Shown piece by piece: positions 45,154-57,695 of a stretch of DNA of 64,000 nucleotides. Below the pieces are notes generated by a model, which saw only the letters and a list, made by a program, of their open reading frames with translations, did no database searches and was not told the origin of the DNA. A program made the position numbers and the translations under genes. Origin of the DNA: Heptranchias perlo (lineage: Eukaryota); assembly GCF_035084215.1 (NCBI RefSeq), contig NC_090326.1, positions 11,160,001 through 11,224,000 of the forward strand. Reading direction: 5' to 3'. Within the stretch, counting starts at the first letter, position 1; the number at the start of each line of letters is the position of its first letter.

Positions 45154-48100
45154 AAAACAATCTATTTATGAATTATATTGTGAGACCAGCAACTTTAACC
45201 AGTAGCCCAGAAAAATGTATTTTTAATCTGTTTGTTTTTGTTCAATGCTTCATTGTCTTATTTTTATTACTTCTTACCAACCAGACTCTGTGGGGTGGGG
45301 GGGATTTGCATGAGCAAATTCAATCAATCTTTAGTAAATCCGCTAATACAGTAGCTGGTGTCAATTGTGAAAGCTGTATTGTCTTTATTGAAGCATTCTT
45401 TATCTGTTATCTGCAAAAAGCTTCCTTTATCTACAATAGCTTCCTCTTTCTAAGATAGAGACTTTGATTAATGAGGAGTTAATAACACTTCTTAGCATTT
45501 GGCAGCCCTGACTGCTTATTGTATGTTTAGCTCAGTGTTTATCGCTGTTTACACTGGTGTAATCTGTGGGATTGTACTGTGCGCAGTACATTACTGAAAT
45601 CCCACTGAGCACCATCAACCTGGGTGTTCTACCATTGGTGGTTACGCTTTATAATTTTGTGGTCGAGCGAGCATTTGGAATGGAAGAAAAAGGGAGAGAC
45701 AAAATGCATTGCCAGCTCAGTTAAAGCACTCTCAGCAAACAGGTTTGAGCAATAACAGTGTTTCTGAGGGTAGGCTAATGACACTTAAGTGGGGTTGGTC
45801 CCAGTAATGTAATATATACAAAGCAGTTGCAGAGCTGGATCCAATAATGTATCATTTACCACGTCTGGAATAGATCGTCTGGGTGAATTAACTGAACTCT
45901 TGCCCTGCTGTGCGCTTTTGCTCCCTGCTCATTTGTTTGTTAGCCTTCTACCCTGTAACTTGACCTCTTTGCCCTCTTGCACGAATGCATCTCGACCTCA
46001 GAACCTTGAGATTCTGCTATCTCACATGTTTCTTCGTTTCCATATGATGTGGTTAGGAAATAGCTTGAAATTTTTAAATGTTTGCCCCAGGCAGAATTGA
46101 CAGGTGCATTGGGGAGCTAAGGGAAAAAGTTCATTGCTTGCAGAGCATGGGCTCAGCCAGGTGAGCGGAGTGACCTGGTTGAAACTCAAAAGGATCATCA
46201 AATCTGTGCTCACGTGTCTGGAGGTGGAAGGAACAGGCGCTGACAGTTCAGTATTGTTAGCTGCAAAGGTCATGAGATCCTGTCTTCAGCTTGTTTCTTC
46301 TCTTTCTACATCACTCACGAAGAATGTTGAGGCACAAATGGTGGAAACTTGCAATAAATCAAATCGCAGCTTGAGGGTCATTTGACTGCTGCACACATTG
46401 TATGGGCACTTAGTAAATGAATTGTGTCAGAGAAAAGGCTACTTGTACTCAAGGCTGCGCTAGTCAATAAACCCAAATCAGCGCACTTTTCTTAATCCAC
46501 GGGAAAGTTGCTTCCAAAAGCAAATCAATTTAACTGAACATTCAGCCAGTTTTATTTCAGTGTTTGCATTGAATGAACGCAGCCATCTTTAATCAGGAAA
46601 TCATTCTCGCAGTAGACTATGAATTGCAGTACGCTGGTTTTAAGTAAGGGGGATGTTCACCTGTGGCTGGATTCCTTTGCATGTGCAAATCTAAGGCTGA
46701 TTTCTCCCAATTTGATATGGAAACATCTTCTAGTAGTCTGTTACTCGTAACATACTCTCCAATTATTTTCAATGACAAGGTTATTTGTTTAAGGATGATA
46801 AAGAAGAATAAATTCAACAAGTTTTTTTTGTATGTCTGATACCCCATTTATGTTGAAAGCTCTTTGACAACAGCAGTACTTCAGTCAGACGCGACACACA
46901 CCATTGAAGTCGATGGTGTTCAGCTGTACCTTTGATGACACCACTGCCTTAGCCTTCAATGTTAATGCCAAATAGCACTGCCCTTAGAGGCAAAGTGATC
47001 AAAAACATGGCGGCACTCTTGCCTCTGCTCAAGCAGTAAAATGGTTTTGCTACTGCTTGCCTGCAGATCTCTCCCAACCATTGGGATAGGTACAGGCACT
47101 AAAACATGCATAACACACAAATATTTAGTTCATGATCTGTTTGACACTCAAAAGCTCAGAAGTACTTCAGTTGTTGAAGGGTTAGTTTTCACAGTTAAAA
47201 GTGAAATGTTTAAAACCAGGATTTGTAATTGCACCCATTTTATTCAATATACCAATGGGTGATGTGTAATTTATGGGCAGTCTAAAGCCATTTTTTATAC
47301 GGCCTTATGTGGGATGCTGGAACTACCCGCTGACATGCAAATCTGACGCAACTGCCGACATCCCCAGAATAAGGTTGCCAACCCTCCCTGATTGTCTGGG
47401 AGTCTCCCGGAATTGAGGATTGATCTGCTGTGAGCAACCCCCGAGAAGATAGGGAAGTACAGTTGATGGGCCAGCGCCGTGGGAGGAGGGCGAGCTGTGA
47501 TGGGTGGATGCGGAGGCCAGTCCTCGGCAGCGTTTATTCAGTACGTATGAATGGACCAGTGAGCTGTGCGTGAGTGGCAGATAATCCAGCGAAATTGGAA
47601 TTTAATGTAACCAAGCAGAGCAGCCCATCACTCACCACCCGGCAATGGATGGATGAGGAGGCAGATACTCACCGACTGTGAAAAGTCTGTGAAACTATCA
47701 TGCAGGCGGGTAATGGTGCCAGCACTGCGGCCTGGCTTGAAGGACGGCAGCATGGCCGGTTTACATGGGTGTGTACAGGGGCTGGGTTGGGGCTTCGCTC
47801 GTGATGGGGATGAGTGTATGCAGCGCACAGAGCGGGGGCAGGTTTACGACAGCAAGTTAGACTGTGCTGGTGCATGCCTCAGCACAGTCGGCAGTAAAAT
47901 TCCCAAATAATAGATGTTTGTATTTTGGCTGCAGTAGTAGCCACTATCCATTTGTTCCCTCCCACTCCTCCCCCCAACATTTGCTCCGTCTTTTCCCAAA
48001 TCTGTAGCCTACCTGTGAGGGAATTATCAAGAAATTTTGGAAAGGAAGTGTTTGAAAACCAGTGCAGGACTTTTTTCCCGGTCTGAATAAACATTTCTTT

Positions 48101-48204
48101 TCCCTTTGTCATTTTTCATTGAAGTGGAGGGTGAAATGGCATTTAAATTCTCGCCCTTCAGCAACCAGTGCCTGTATATGTGGCGGGATTTCGAATGCTC
48201 CCAG

Positions 48205-48265
48205 ATTACAGATGCTGCCCGATTTGCTGAGTGTTTTCAGCATTTTCTGCACTTGTTTCAGATAA
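48205..48265 (+). mobile_element. Penelope terminal-repeat fragment nested in the hAT-like element
   Basis: cagatgctgcccgatttgctgagtgttttcagcattttctg..tgtttcagat matches 43268-43312. Confidence 0.65.
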
Positions 48266-48294
48266 AAAGAATTGACCACTTCCAGTTTCTTGAA

Positions 48295-49147
48295 GGTGAT
48301 GGGGGATCAGAGACCCCAACTCTCAGGGTGATGGGGGATCAGAGACCCCAACTCTCGGGGTGATGGGGGATCAGAGACCCCAACTCTCAGGGTGATGGGG
48401 GATCAGAGAGCCCAACTCTCGGGGTGATGGGGGATCAGAGAGCCCAACTCTCGGGGTGATGGGGGATCAGAGAGCCCAACTCTCAGGGTGATGGGGGATC
48501 AGAGAGCCCAACTCTCGGGGTGATGGGGGATCAGAGAGCCCAACTCTCGGGGTGATGGGGGATCAGAGACCCCAACTCTTGGGACGATGGGGAATAGAGA
48601 GCCCAACTCTCGGGGTGATGGGGGATCAGAGAGCCCAACTCTCGGGGTGATGGGGGATCGGAGACCCCAACTCTCAGGGTGATGGGGGATGAGAGAGCCC
48701 AACTCTCGGGGTGATGGGGGATCAGAGAGCCCAACTCTCGGGGTGATAGGGAATCAGAGAGCCCAACTCTCGGGGTGATGGGGGATCAGAGACCCCAACT
48801 CTCGGGATGATGGGGGATGAGAGAGCCCAACTCTCGGGGTGATGGGGGATGAGAGAGCCCAACTCTCGGGGTGATGGGGTATCAGAGAGCCCAACTCTCG
48901 GGGTGATGGGGGATCGGAGACCCCAACTCTCGGGATGATGGGGGATCGGAGACCCCAACTCTCGGGGTGATGGGGGATCAGAGATCGCAATCTCGGGGTG
49001 TTGGGGGATCAGAGCCCAAATCATGGGGCACAGGGGATCAGAGAGCCCAATGTCGGGGTGATGGGGGATCAGAGACCCCAACTCTCGGGGTATTGGGGGA
49101 TCAGAGCCCAAATCATGGGGCACAGAGAGCCCAACGCTTGGGCTCTC
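48295..49147. repeat. 32-bp minisatellite GGGGTGATGGGGGATCAGAGAGCCCAACTCTC
   Basis: About 26 head-to-tail units estimated from length/period; degenerate at the right end; no unique spacers. Confidence 0.96.
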
Positions 49148-49659
49148 GATGTGGGAACCATCGTTTGGCAATTGGAAAATTTCCCGACAGCCAGTCCTAC
49201 CCTGCTCGTGAGTTAAAACATTTTTTTATAGGCTCACAGGGAAATAAGACACTCAACTCCAGGGGACCAACCTTTATAAGGTAAATGGAATAACAGTTGC
49301 AAACTGCGGGCTGGTGTCACATGATCGAGTGTCATGTGATCAAACCTTCAGCAATACATTCACCAGAATTGGCAATTCTACCCCAGACTAACCTTGCCAG
49401 AGTTGCTAAGGCCGACCTCAGGGGAAACCTTTTTTTTCACCGGGCTTCACCAGGAAATCTAGAAGGTTTACTGTGAGGTTGCTACTGGCTGCACAACACC
49501 CGAATGTTGGGAGCCAGTGGCTCTACCACCTCAGTGCAATATAAAAACAGCTTAGGTTACTGCAAATGTTTTTTATTACTGTATAACATATGGTACTTGC
49601 ATGCACCTATAGGCAACTGCTAAAGATTGTGACCATTTTACAAGGATTTATCTATGGAC

Positions 49660-49745
49660 TTTTTTTCATTCATTCTTGGGAGGGCATCGCTGGCAAGGTC
49701 AGCATTAATTGCCCATCCCTAGTTGCCCTTGAGAAGGTGGTGGTA
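49660..49745 (-). mobile_element. 3' tail of the 15903-16775 LINE family
   Basis: Reverse complement of ccaccaccttctcaagggcaactagggatgggcaattaatgctgaccttgccagcgatgcc. Confidence 0.8.
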
Positions 49746-50359
49746 TCACCTAGTAGACAATAGGCACTTTTATATTGATGGAGTGCTGTCGATAGTAGCT
49801 GCACCGCAGTATGCCATCGATAGCACTCCTTCAATATAACATAAAAGAGGACCTCTGCAATCTCAACACGTCTCTGCACATTCTCATGGGTCTCATAGGT
49901 CTCCACTTAACAGTAAATGCACGGAGCTTGATTCCATTGCTTGTTTCCCCCGAGGACGACAAGCCAGATATCTGAAAGAGAACTGATTTTGATGCATTAT
50001 TTTATTTACTACAGCTTTGAAATGAACTCTGTCACAAAAGAGCGTTACAATTGCATTAACTACAATCAAGTGCAATATAGGGACATCTATACCTCCAGCT
50101 ACATACTTGGGATTACCTTAAGGAGATTGTATTTTTTAAATCTATATTCTTAGTGGGTTGTAATGCACACCAGTAACAAATTACATTTGTATAGCATTTC
50201 AATATTACAAACGACAGCAATAACAAACTTTAACTATAGTTTCATTTGTTGAAGGACCTTTGATAAGCAATTGAGCCAAATGTCAAGCTCCAGGATCTAA
50301 CTGACAGAGTGAATACTCCTTGTAACAAAGCACAGACAAATACCGTATTCAGAATAAAC

Positions 50360-50505
50360 ACAAAACAAAATACTGTAGATGCTGGAAATCTGAAAGAAAA
50401 ACATAAAACGCTGGATACATTCAGCAGGTCAGTCAGCATCTGTGGAGAGAACAGATAGGTCAACATTTTAGTTATAGACCCTTTGTCAGAACTGGAAGAA
50501 ATTAC
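50360..50505 (-). mobile_element. Penelope terminal repeat with decayed hammerhead core
   Basis: Minus strand ccagttctgacaaagggtctataactaaaatgttgacc..ctctccacagatgctgactgacctgctgaatg..ccagc; core boxes mutated. Confidence 0.75.
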
Positions 50506-50711
50506 AGGTAAACAGTCTTTAAAAAGGAACAGAATAAAAAGAAGGGAGATAGAGGATGCACGCACACACACAAGAGAGAAGTAGGATGAGCTGAAAAGTG
50601 CTTAAATAAAAACCAGGAAACTGTTAAATGGCTGAAGTGATATTGACATGAGGCACTAGGAGACATAATGAAAAAAATTGAGGACATTTACCAGACACTG
50701 CTCTCTTAGCC

Positions 50712-52402
50712 GAGGAATAGCAGAGATGTTAAACAAATATTTTATATCTGTCTTCACAGTAGAAGACACAAAAAACATACCAGAAATAGTGGAGAACCAA
50801 GGGTCTAATGAGGGGGAGGAACTTAAACTAATTAAGATTAGTAAAGAAAAAGTTAATGGGACTAAAAGCCAACAAATCCCCTAGACCCGATGGCCTGCAT
50901 TCTATGGTTTTAAAAGAGGGGGCAGCAGAGATACTAGATGCATTGGTTGTGATCTTACAGAATTCCCCAGATTGTAGAACTGTCCCAGCGGATTGGAAGG
51001 TAGCAAGTGTAACCCCGCTATTCAAGAAAGGAGGGAGAGAGAAAACAGGGAACTACAGGCCAGTTAGCCTGACATCAGTCGTCGGGAAAATGCTGGAATC
51101 CATTATTAAGGAAGTGGTAACAGGGCACTTAGAAAATCATTATATGATTAGGCACAGTCAACACGGTTTTATGAAAGGGAACTCATGTTTGACAAATTTA
51201 TTAGTTTTTAGAGGATGTAACTAGCAGGGTAGATAAGGGGGAACCAGTAGATGTAGTATATTTGGATTTTCAAAAGGCATTCGATAAGGTGCCACATAAG
51301 AGGTTGTTACACAAGATTAGGGCTTGTGAGATTGGGGGTAATATATTAACATGGATTGAGGATTGGTTAATGGACAGAAAACAGAGAGTAGGAATAAACA
51401 GGTCATTTTCAGGTTGGCAGGCTGTAACTAGTGGGGTGCTGCAAGGATCAGTGCTGGGGCCTCAGCTATTTACAATTTATATTAATGACTTAGATGAAGG
51501 GACAAGTGTAATGTATCCAAGTTTGCTGACTATACAAAGCTAGGTGGGAAAGTAAGCTGTCAGGAGGACGCAAAGAGTCTGCAAAGGGATATAGACAGAT
51601 TAAGTGAGCGGGCAAGAAGATGGCAGATGGAGTGTAATGTGGGGAAATGTGAGGTTATTCACTTTGGTCGGAAGAATAGAAAAACAGAATATTTTTTAAA
51701 TGGTGAGAAACTATTAAATGTTGGTGTTCAGAGGGATTTGGGTGACCTTGCACATGAAACACAGAAAGTTAACATGCAGATACAGCAAGCAATTAGGAAG
51801 GCAAATGGTACTTTATTGCAAGGCAGTTCGAGTACAAGAGTAAGGAAGTCTTGCTACAATTGTACAGGACTCTAGTAAGAGTCCTGGAGGACTTGCAGTT
51901 TTGGACTCCTTACTTAAGAAAGGATATACTTGCCTTAGAGCCGGTGCAGTGAAGATTCCTGGGATGAGAGGGTTGTCATATGAGGAAAGATTGAGTAAAT
52001 TGGGCCTATACTGTCTGGAGTTTAGAAGAATGAGAGGTGATCTCATTGAAACATATAAGATTGACAGGGTAGATGCTGAGAGGATGTAGAGTCTAGAGCT
52101 AGGGGACATAGTCTTAGGATAAGGGTTCGGACATTTAGGACTGAGATGAGGAGGAATTTCTTCACTCAGAGGGCTGTGTATATTTGGAATTCTTTACCCC
52201 AGAGGGCTGTGGATGCTCAGTTGTTGAGTATATTCAAGACTAAGATGGATGGATTTTTGGACTCTAGGGGAATCAAGGGATATGGGGAACGGGCGGGAAA
52301 GTGGAGTTGAGGCCGAAGAAAGAGCCATGATCTTATTAAATGGCGGAGCAAGTTTGAGGGGCCGAATGGCCTACTCCTGCTCCTATTTCTTACGTTCTTA
52401 TA
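50712..52402 (+). mobile_element. CR1 ORF2 RT domain to 3' tail (frameshifted)
   Basis: [66 protein letters not shown]; tail gccgaatggcctactcctgctcctatttctta. Confidence 0.95.
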
Positions 52403-53425
52403 GTATGTGGCAGATAAGCCCCATAGAAGAAAAATAATTTTAAAATGAGGCCATGTCTCTTCTATAGTGGCTTTGCATACAGTAAGTCATTCTAAACATA
52501 AACTGACAAAATGGAATTGGCCGTTAACAGTGCAGTTGTTCCTTCTGAGTTGAAGTGAGGTTTTGAATGAATATTTTCCATATACTGAAGAGCTCCCAAC
52601 TTTTTTGACGATAGGAATTTGCTTTGATTTAAAAAACATGTGTTCCTCAATAGGTTATTTGTTCCTCATTGAGCCCTGAATACATTCTGATTTTGTCTTA
52701 CCAGCATGGGGGAAGCAATATTGGATGGTGGGGCATTTTAGTTGCGTCCATTCCACTTTTGGTGAGCATAAGCCTTGTGCCAGTTATCTATTGCTGGCCC
52801 ACATTAGGGGAGAAAAGTCCTGGGTTACTGTTCCTGGTACAACTCCTTCATTTGTATCTGCATCTGTGGGGAAATGCAATTGATTTTCTCCGCCCATGAA
52901 GCTCCTGATATTTTGCGTGAGAAGACACAAAGCAGGCGTCAGGCAATTGCTCACAGTGAGAAAATCCGAGTGGTGAAAGCATCCATGCTGCTTTCATGCA
53001 GCTCCTAGCGGCTCCCTATAAAGCAGCATTGACGGAGGCCTGGGGTGAGATCTGGCCTTTAAGGCAACGTGAGAGAAAGGGAGAAAATGTTGTTTTTGAA
53101 AAAAGAAAGGGGATTGCACTGATAATGGGAAGTTGGTGACTGGAAGAATGCTGTGTGTGAGGATTCAGAGAACTGAAATGGCAGAGGGAGTCAGAGCCTG
53201 CAGTGTTATCTGGAGTGGGGTTTTATGATCTGACAGGTAATAAAAGCAAGCCTGCGAGCAGTGAGTGTATTTAGCAGGTCATACACAACTCTGACCATGG
53301 TAATGTTCAGCATTTAGAGCACTAAGTGTTTTGACATGCAGCGTTAGCCCCAGATTTATGATGTTGAGGTGTCATTGCTTGAATGCTATTGCTCAAACAG
53401 CCTGACCTCAGTCTCTAATGATCAA

Positions 53426-53659
53426 GATGTGGAGATGCCGGTGATGGACTGGGGTTGACAATTGTAAACAATTTTACAACACCAAGTTATAGTCCAGCAA
53501 TTTTATTTTAAATTCACAAGCTTTCGGAGATTTTCTCCTTCCTCAGGCAAATGTTTCAGGAGCTCTTGAAACATTTGCCTGAGGAAGGAGAAAATCTCCG
53601 AAAGCTTGTGAATTTAAAATAAAATTGCTGGACTATAACTTGGTGTTGTAAAATTGTTT
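53426..53659. mobile_element. young Penelope-derived palindromic insertion with TSD
   Basis: 194-bp palindrome 53466-53659 with one G/T mismatch (53559/53566) and central gagctc; 40-bp unique leader; TSD ctaatgatcaa at 53415-53425 and 53660-53670. Confidence 0.88.
53573..53613 (+). ncRNA. minimal hammerhead ribozyme motif (mirror copy on minus strand at 53512-53552)
   Basis: AUUUGC-CUGAGGA-A-GGAGA(AAA)UCUCC-GAAA-GC-UU-GUGAAU: core boxes, 5-bp stem II, 6-bp stem I with two G.U pairs, palindromic AGCU. Confidence 0.68.
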
Positions 53660-53856
53660 CTAATGATCAAAACATTGTAAATAGCTGGTTACTAAAGGAA
53701 TAGCTAACCGTCTAACTCCCAATTGTCACATTTTCCTGCTTATGAAAAGTTTTTCTCTGTTTAATTAGAGCTAATGTTCCATAATCAATAATCAATGCAC
53801 AGTAATAGCTTTCTGATTCAAATTAACGAGGTTTCACAATTAAAATCACAGTAACT

Positions 53857-53998
53857 TACGGGGAGCGGGCAGGAAAGTGGACATGAATTTAGATTTGAGG
53901 TTAGGATCAGATCAGCCATGATCTTATTAAATGGCAGAGCAGGCTCGAAGGGCCGATTGGCCTACTCCTGCACCTATTTCTTATGTTCTTATGTTCTT
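53857..53998 (+). mobile_element. CR1 3' tail only
   Basis: ttacggggagcgggcaggaaagtgg..gatcagccatgatcttattaaatggcagagcaggctcgaagggccgattggcctactcctg..ttcttatgttcttatgttctta. Confidence 0.88.
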
Positions 53999-55736
53999 AA
54001 CTTTATTTTTCCACCAGAGCCTTGTTCAAAATATAATCTTCCCTCCAATTGCTTGTCTCCTCAACAGAATGCATTAACCCCTGTTGAGAAACAGTTCCAC
54101 TGCTACCTGCAGCCTCTAGTTCCGAGCCCAATACAAAATTTAATGATTTGCATCAAATTAAACAGTATTTAATAAAGATGGTATGATCCATCCTCTGTAT
54201 TTTCAGAGTGATTTAAGTCTTAAAAAAAATCGAACTGGAACAGTTTCTCACTGAAAGCTTTGTTGGAATACTGTTTATTGCTGATGCTGTTGCTAGGTCA
54301 GCCAGAGTACACAGAGCCTACTGGTTGGTTCCTGCTGAATGTGAGGCGTTGATCTGAAATTTTCCAACAAAGACGATACAGCAGCTCAGTTGGGGGCAGT
54401 TTAATTTCTGACGATACAGCAATTTACAAAAAAAAAATGGATTTTAGCCATACTTGGTGGACACAACCAAATTCCAAGTTGGCAAGCCTCATGGAGTCAT
54501 GGGTCAAAGGTCAAAGTTATACCAGGCGACATTTGAAGAACACTGTTCACAATTGAACCAAACATGTTGTTCGTCCAATTGAAATAAATTGGCAGCTGAG
54601 AGACAGATTTAGATTCTCGTCTTTTTGAGGTTAGGAGGGCATGCAGACGATTGCTCAAGGCATACAGTTGTTAACATAACTGGAAAATAATCCATTATTT
54701 TCAGTCAGTTTGATTGAGGTAGTAATGTATGATGGCAATTTGAGCTGATAAACTTTCAATGATTATGGAGCAAAGGTCTTGTTCAGTATGTCACCTATAT
54801 CTGCTTCACTTTTATGTCTGGATTTGTTATTTGCCAGTGTGTGGTGTTAGAAAGAAGAACATTTTTTAACTATATATGGGCTCATGTCACTCAGGATTAG
54901 TAATGAAGGTAAAAATGGTATCTGCTTTAAAAAATAAATTCAGTTTAATATTTTTAACTTTGTTAACTTTAAAGTCAATAAAGAAAAGAAAAATAATCCA
55001 GTGCTTTCATAATTGCAACTAATCATAAAAATGTGAATGATTTATTTGTAGAACGATCTCCAAAGTGACCCTTTAGGATCCAGCGAGTCTTATATTTTTA
55101 CAAAGTAATAGAAATTCCTGTATTCCTGTGTCATAAAACTCTGTGAAACAAATACAAGGGTAGATTAAGCTCAAGTATCGAGTTCTGTTTTTGCAGCCTA
55201 TCATTTTAAAACCTATATTTTTTCTGGGAGGCCGTGTGGTGCAGCTGGCAAATGCAACGTTTACACAATGATCCGAGAATGAGTTTGCTCCACTTCATTC
55301 TCCGTCCTGGCAGACCATGGGTCTGGAACAACCTCATTCACTGTTTGTTCCCATTCAGAAGACACTGCTAAGTGTACTCCACCACCCCCCCCCCACACCA
55401 CCACCTCGTCCGCCTCCACTTCCCAACCATCAAGTCCGCATGCATTCGCTCCTTGCACACTATAGGGTATCCCAAGTAAGCATGCTATGTTACATGAGTA
55501 TGTGAGGTAATATGGTATGCTGGCAATCTGTTTAACAAAAAAAAAAGAAAAAACAGTCTGTCACATTGTTATTCTGCTAGCCTTTTGTACGAAGCAGAAA
55601 ACACCCTTTTGCTTAATTCGTTCCATGGTTTTGGTATCAAGATAGGACGATGGGGCAGGACTCAGCTGGACTGACATAGAGTGATTGTCCCAGTTGCCTA
55701 CATGCTCAGTTCTCAACTCAAGTGGAGGGGTGGAAA

Positions 55737-55740
<4 letters not shown>

Positions 55741-55768
<28 letters not shown>
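55741..55768. repeat. (AG)14 microsatellite
   Basis: Perfect dinucleotide run. Confidence 0.95.
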
Positions 55769-55771
<3 letters not shown>

Positions 55772-56361
55772 AAGAAAGAACGAGAATGTTCCCTGCACCT
55801 TCGGGGATACTTGACGAAGAGCATTTTTGGCAGAAGGCTGGCATCAAGTTGTTTCCCTGCTCTCCAAGCCAAGGCATGATGTGTGGTATTGAGAGAAATC
55901 TGGAATAGCGCACAATCTCCAGTGTGTTAAAGGAGGATTAAGTTGACATATCAGATCACAAAACAGGATTGTAGTTTCATCTTCTTGCAATGCACGTTAT
56001 AGCCTTCAAACATACCCACAGTGGCTTTTTCTCTGGAATTATACAAAGACTTCGCAATTACTTACCACAGTGTCCATGTTTTCTGAGGGTTAAGTTCGGT
56101 GATATACTGTACATCTAAGAGGGTCTGGGGAATGCTTCCCTAGAAAATATTAATTTTTGACACTTCATTTGGTGCATTTTCCAGCATTTGGAGTGCAATT
56201 TATTATATTCTTTGTGTGAGATAACAGAATCCGCTAACCTGAAAAGTCAACTTTAATGATGGCTGAAGTACATTGTGGTGATTATTAGCAAAATACAGGT
56301 TTGCCACACACACCTTCACCCCCCACCCACGCTGCCAACCCGCCACCATTGAAAAATTGAG

Positions 56362-56803
56362 CCTTTTGTGTCCTCGCAGCTTACTTTCCCACCGAATTTT
56401 GTATCATCAACAAACTTGGATACATTACACTCTGTCCCTTCATCTATGTCATTAATATAGATTGTAAATAGCTGAGGCCCAAGCACTGATCCCTCCAGCA
56501 CTCCACCAGTTACAGCCTGCCAACCTGAAAATGACCCATTTATCCCTACTCTTTTCTGTCCGTTAACCAATCCTCTATCCATGCAAATATATTACCGCCA
56601 ATGCTATGAGCCTTTATTTTGCGTAGCAACATTTTATGTGGCTCTTCATCAAATGCCTATTGGAAATCCAAATATACTACATCCACTGGTTCCCCTTTAT
56701 CTACCCTGCTAGTTACATCCTCAAAGAACTCTAAGAAATTTGTCAAACACGATTTCCCTTTCATAAAACCGTGTTGACTATGCCTAATCATATGATTTTC
56801 TAA
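56362..56803 (-). mobile_element. CR1 RT internal fragment
   Basis: ORF 56316..56582 [47 protein letters not shown]; same subfamily as 50712-52402. Confidence 0.92.
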
Positions 56804-57149
56804 AGTTAATTTTCAGAGCCAGCGAGGTTGTTTGGTAGCCATTAAGACTTTAACCACGCCTTTAAAGGTTAGTTTAGATCTAAAAAAAACCCAGCGTACC
56901 TTTTTTCTGTGCAGATTAGTTCATTTCCATCTGGGCCGTGCAGCAACTTCACGGGCTGGTCCATTCACTTCGCCGGCAAGCTGGCCTTCTTGCGCAGCTT
57001 TCGGAGGAGCAGGCCAAACGGTGGAGCAATTTCCAGATTTCCGCTTTGACTGAGCATGTGTGCTTGCCGGGACTTGCTCTTCCATTTGCCCTGAAATAAC
57101 AGTGAGCCCTGTTCGCATCGCCGTTATTTTTTGAGCAACTTCTGGGTCA
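56802..57149. mobile_element. right half of a MITE related to 41362-42079
   Basis: agttaattttcagagccagcgaggttgtttggtagccattaagact matches 41730-41776; ends ccgttattttttgagcaacttctgggtc. Confidence 0.65.
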
Positions 57150-57231
57150 TTGTTGTGAAGAATAATTAAAACTGGTCCCCTTACAAAGGAACTACTGGGG
57201 GAATTGAAAGCTTTTCTTTTGACGGGGGGGA

Positions 57232-57695
57232 TATTCTGGGCACTCTACCTTAAGAAAGATGTCAATACCATGGAGAGTGTGCAGAAGAGTTTTGCCAAGG
57301 TAATAACACAGAGGCGTATAATAGGAGATCTGATACAGCAGTTCAAAATTCTAAAGAGTTTTGATATGGTAAATATGGAAAAATTATTTTCACAGGTCTG
57401 TGACTCTATAAGTAGCGGCATATCTTTAAGATGATGACCAAAAGAATGAAGAGCGAGGTCAAGAGAATTTTTTATACAGAATTGTTAGGACATGGAATGC
57501 CCTACCACTAATGGAAGCAGAATCTACAATAGCTTTTAAAGGAGAAATGAATAAATAGTTGACATTTCTTTTTAAAGAATTTGGGGAAAGGCAGGGAATG
57601 CGACTAAGTGGACAACTCTTTCAGAGAACCAGAACCAGCACAAGCACAGTGGGCCGAATGGCCTCGTGTTGTGCTGCAAGATTGTATGATTCTAG
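57232..57695 (+). mobile_element. old CR1 3' fragment
   Basis: FWALYLKKDVNTMESVQKSF..GDLIQQFKILK; tail gggccgaatggcctc..gattgtatgattct. Confidence 0.8.

Larger units (their letters stand above)
47370..49380. mobile_element. non-autonomous hAT-like DNA transposon with 8-bp TSD
   Basis: Left end taaggttgccaaccc, right end gaattggcaattcta (degenerate TIRs); flanks ccccagaa (47362-47369) and ccccagac (49381-49388). Confidence 0.68.

Noticed and set aside
46975-46995. CTCF site
   Set aside because: Needs a gap to fit the core consensus.
48295-49147. CRISPR-like 32-bp repeat with internal hairpin
   Set aside because: Units are directly adjacent with no unique spacers, there are no cas genes, and the context is vertebrate.
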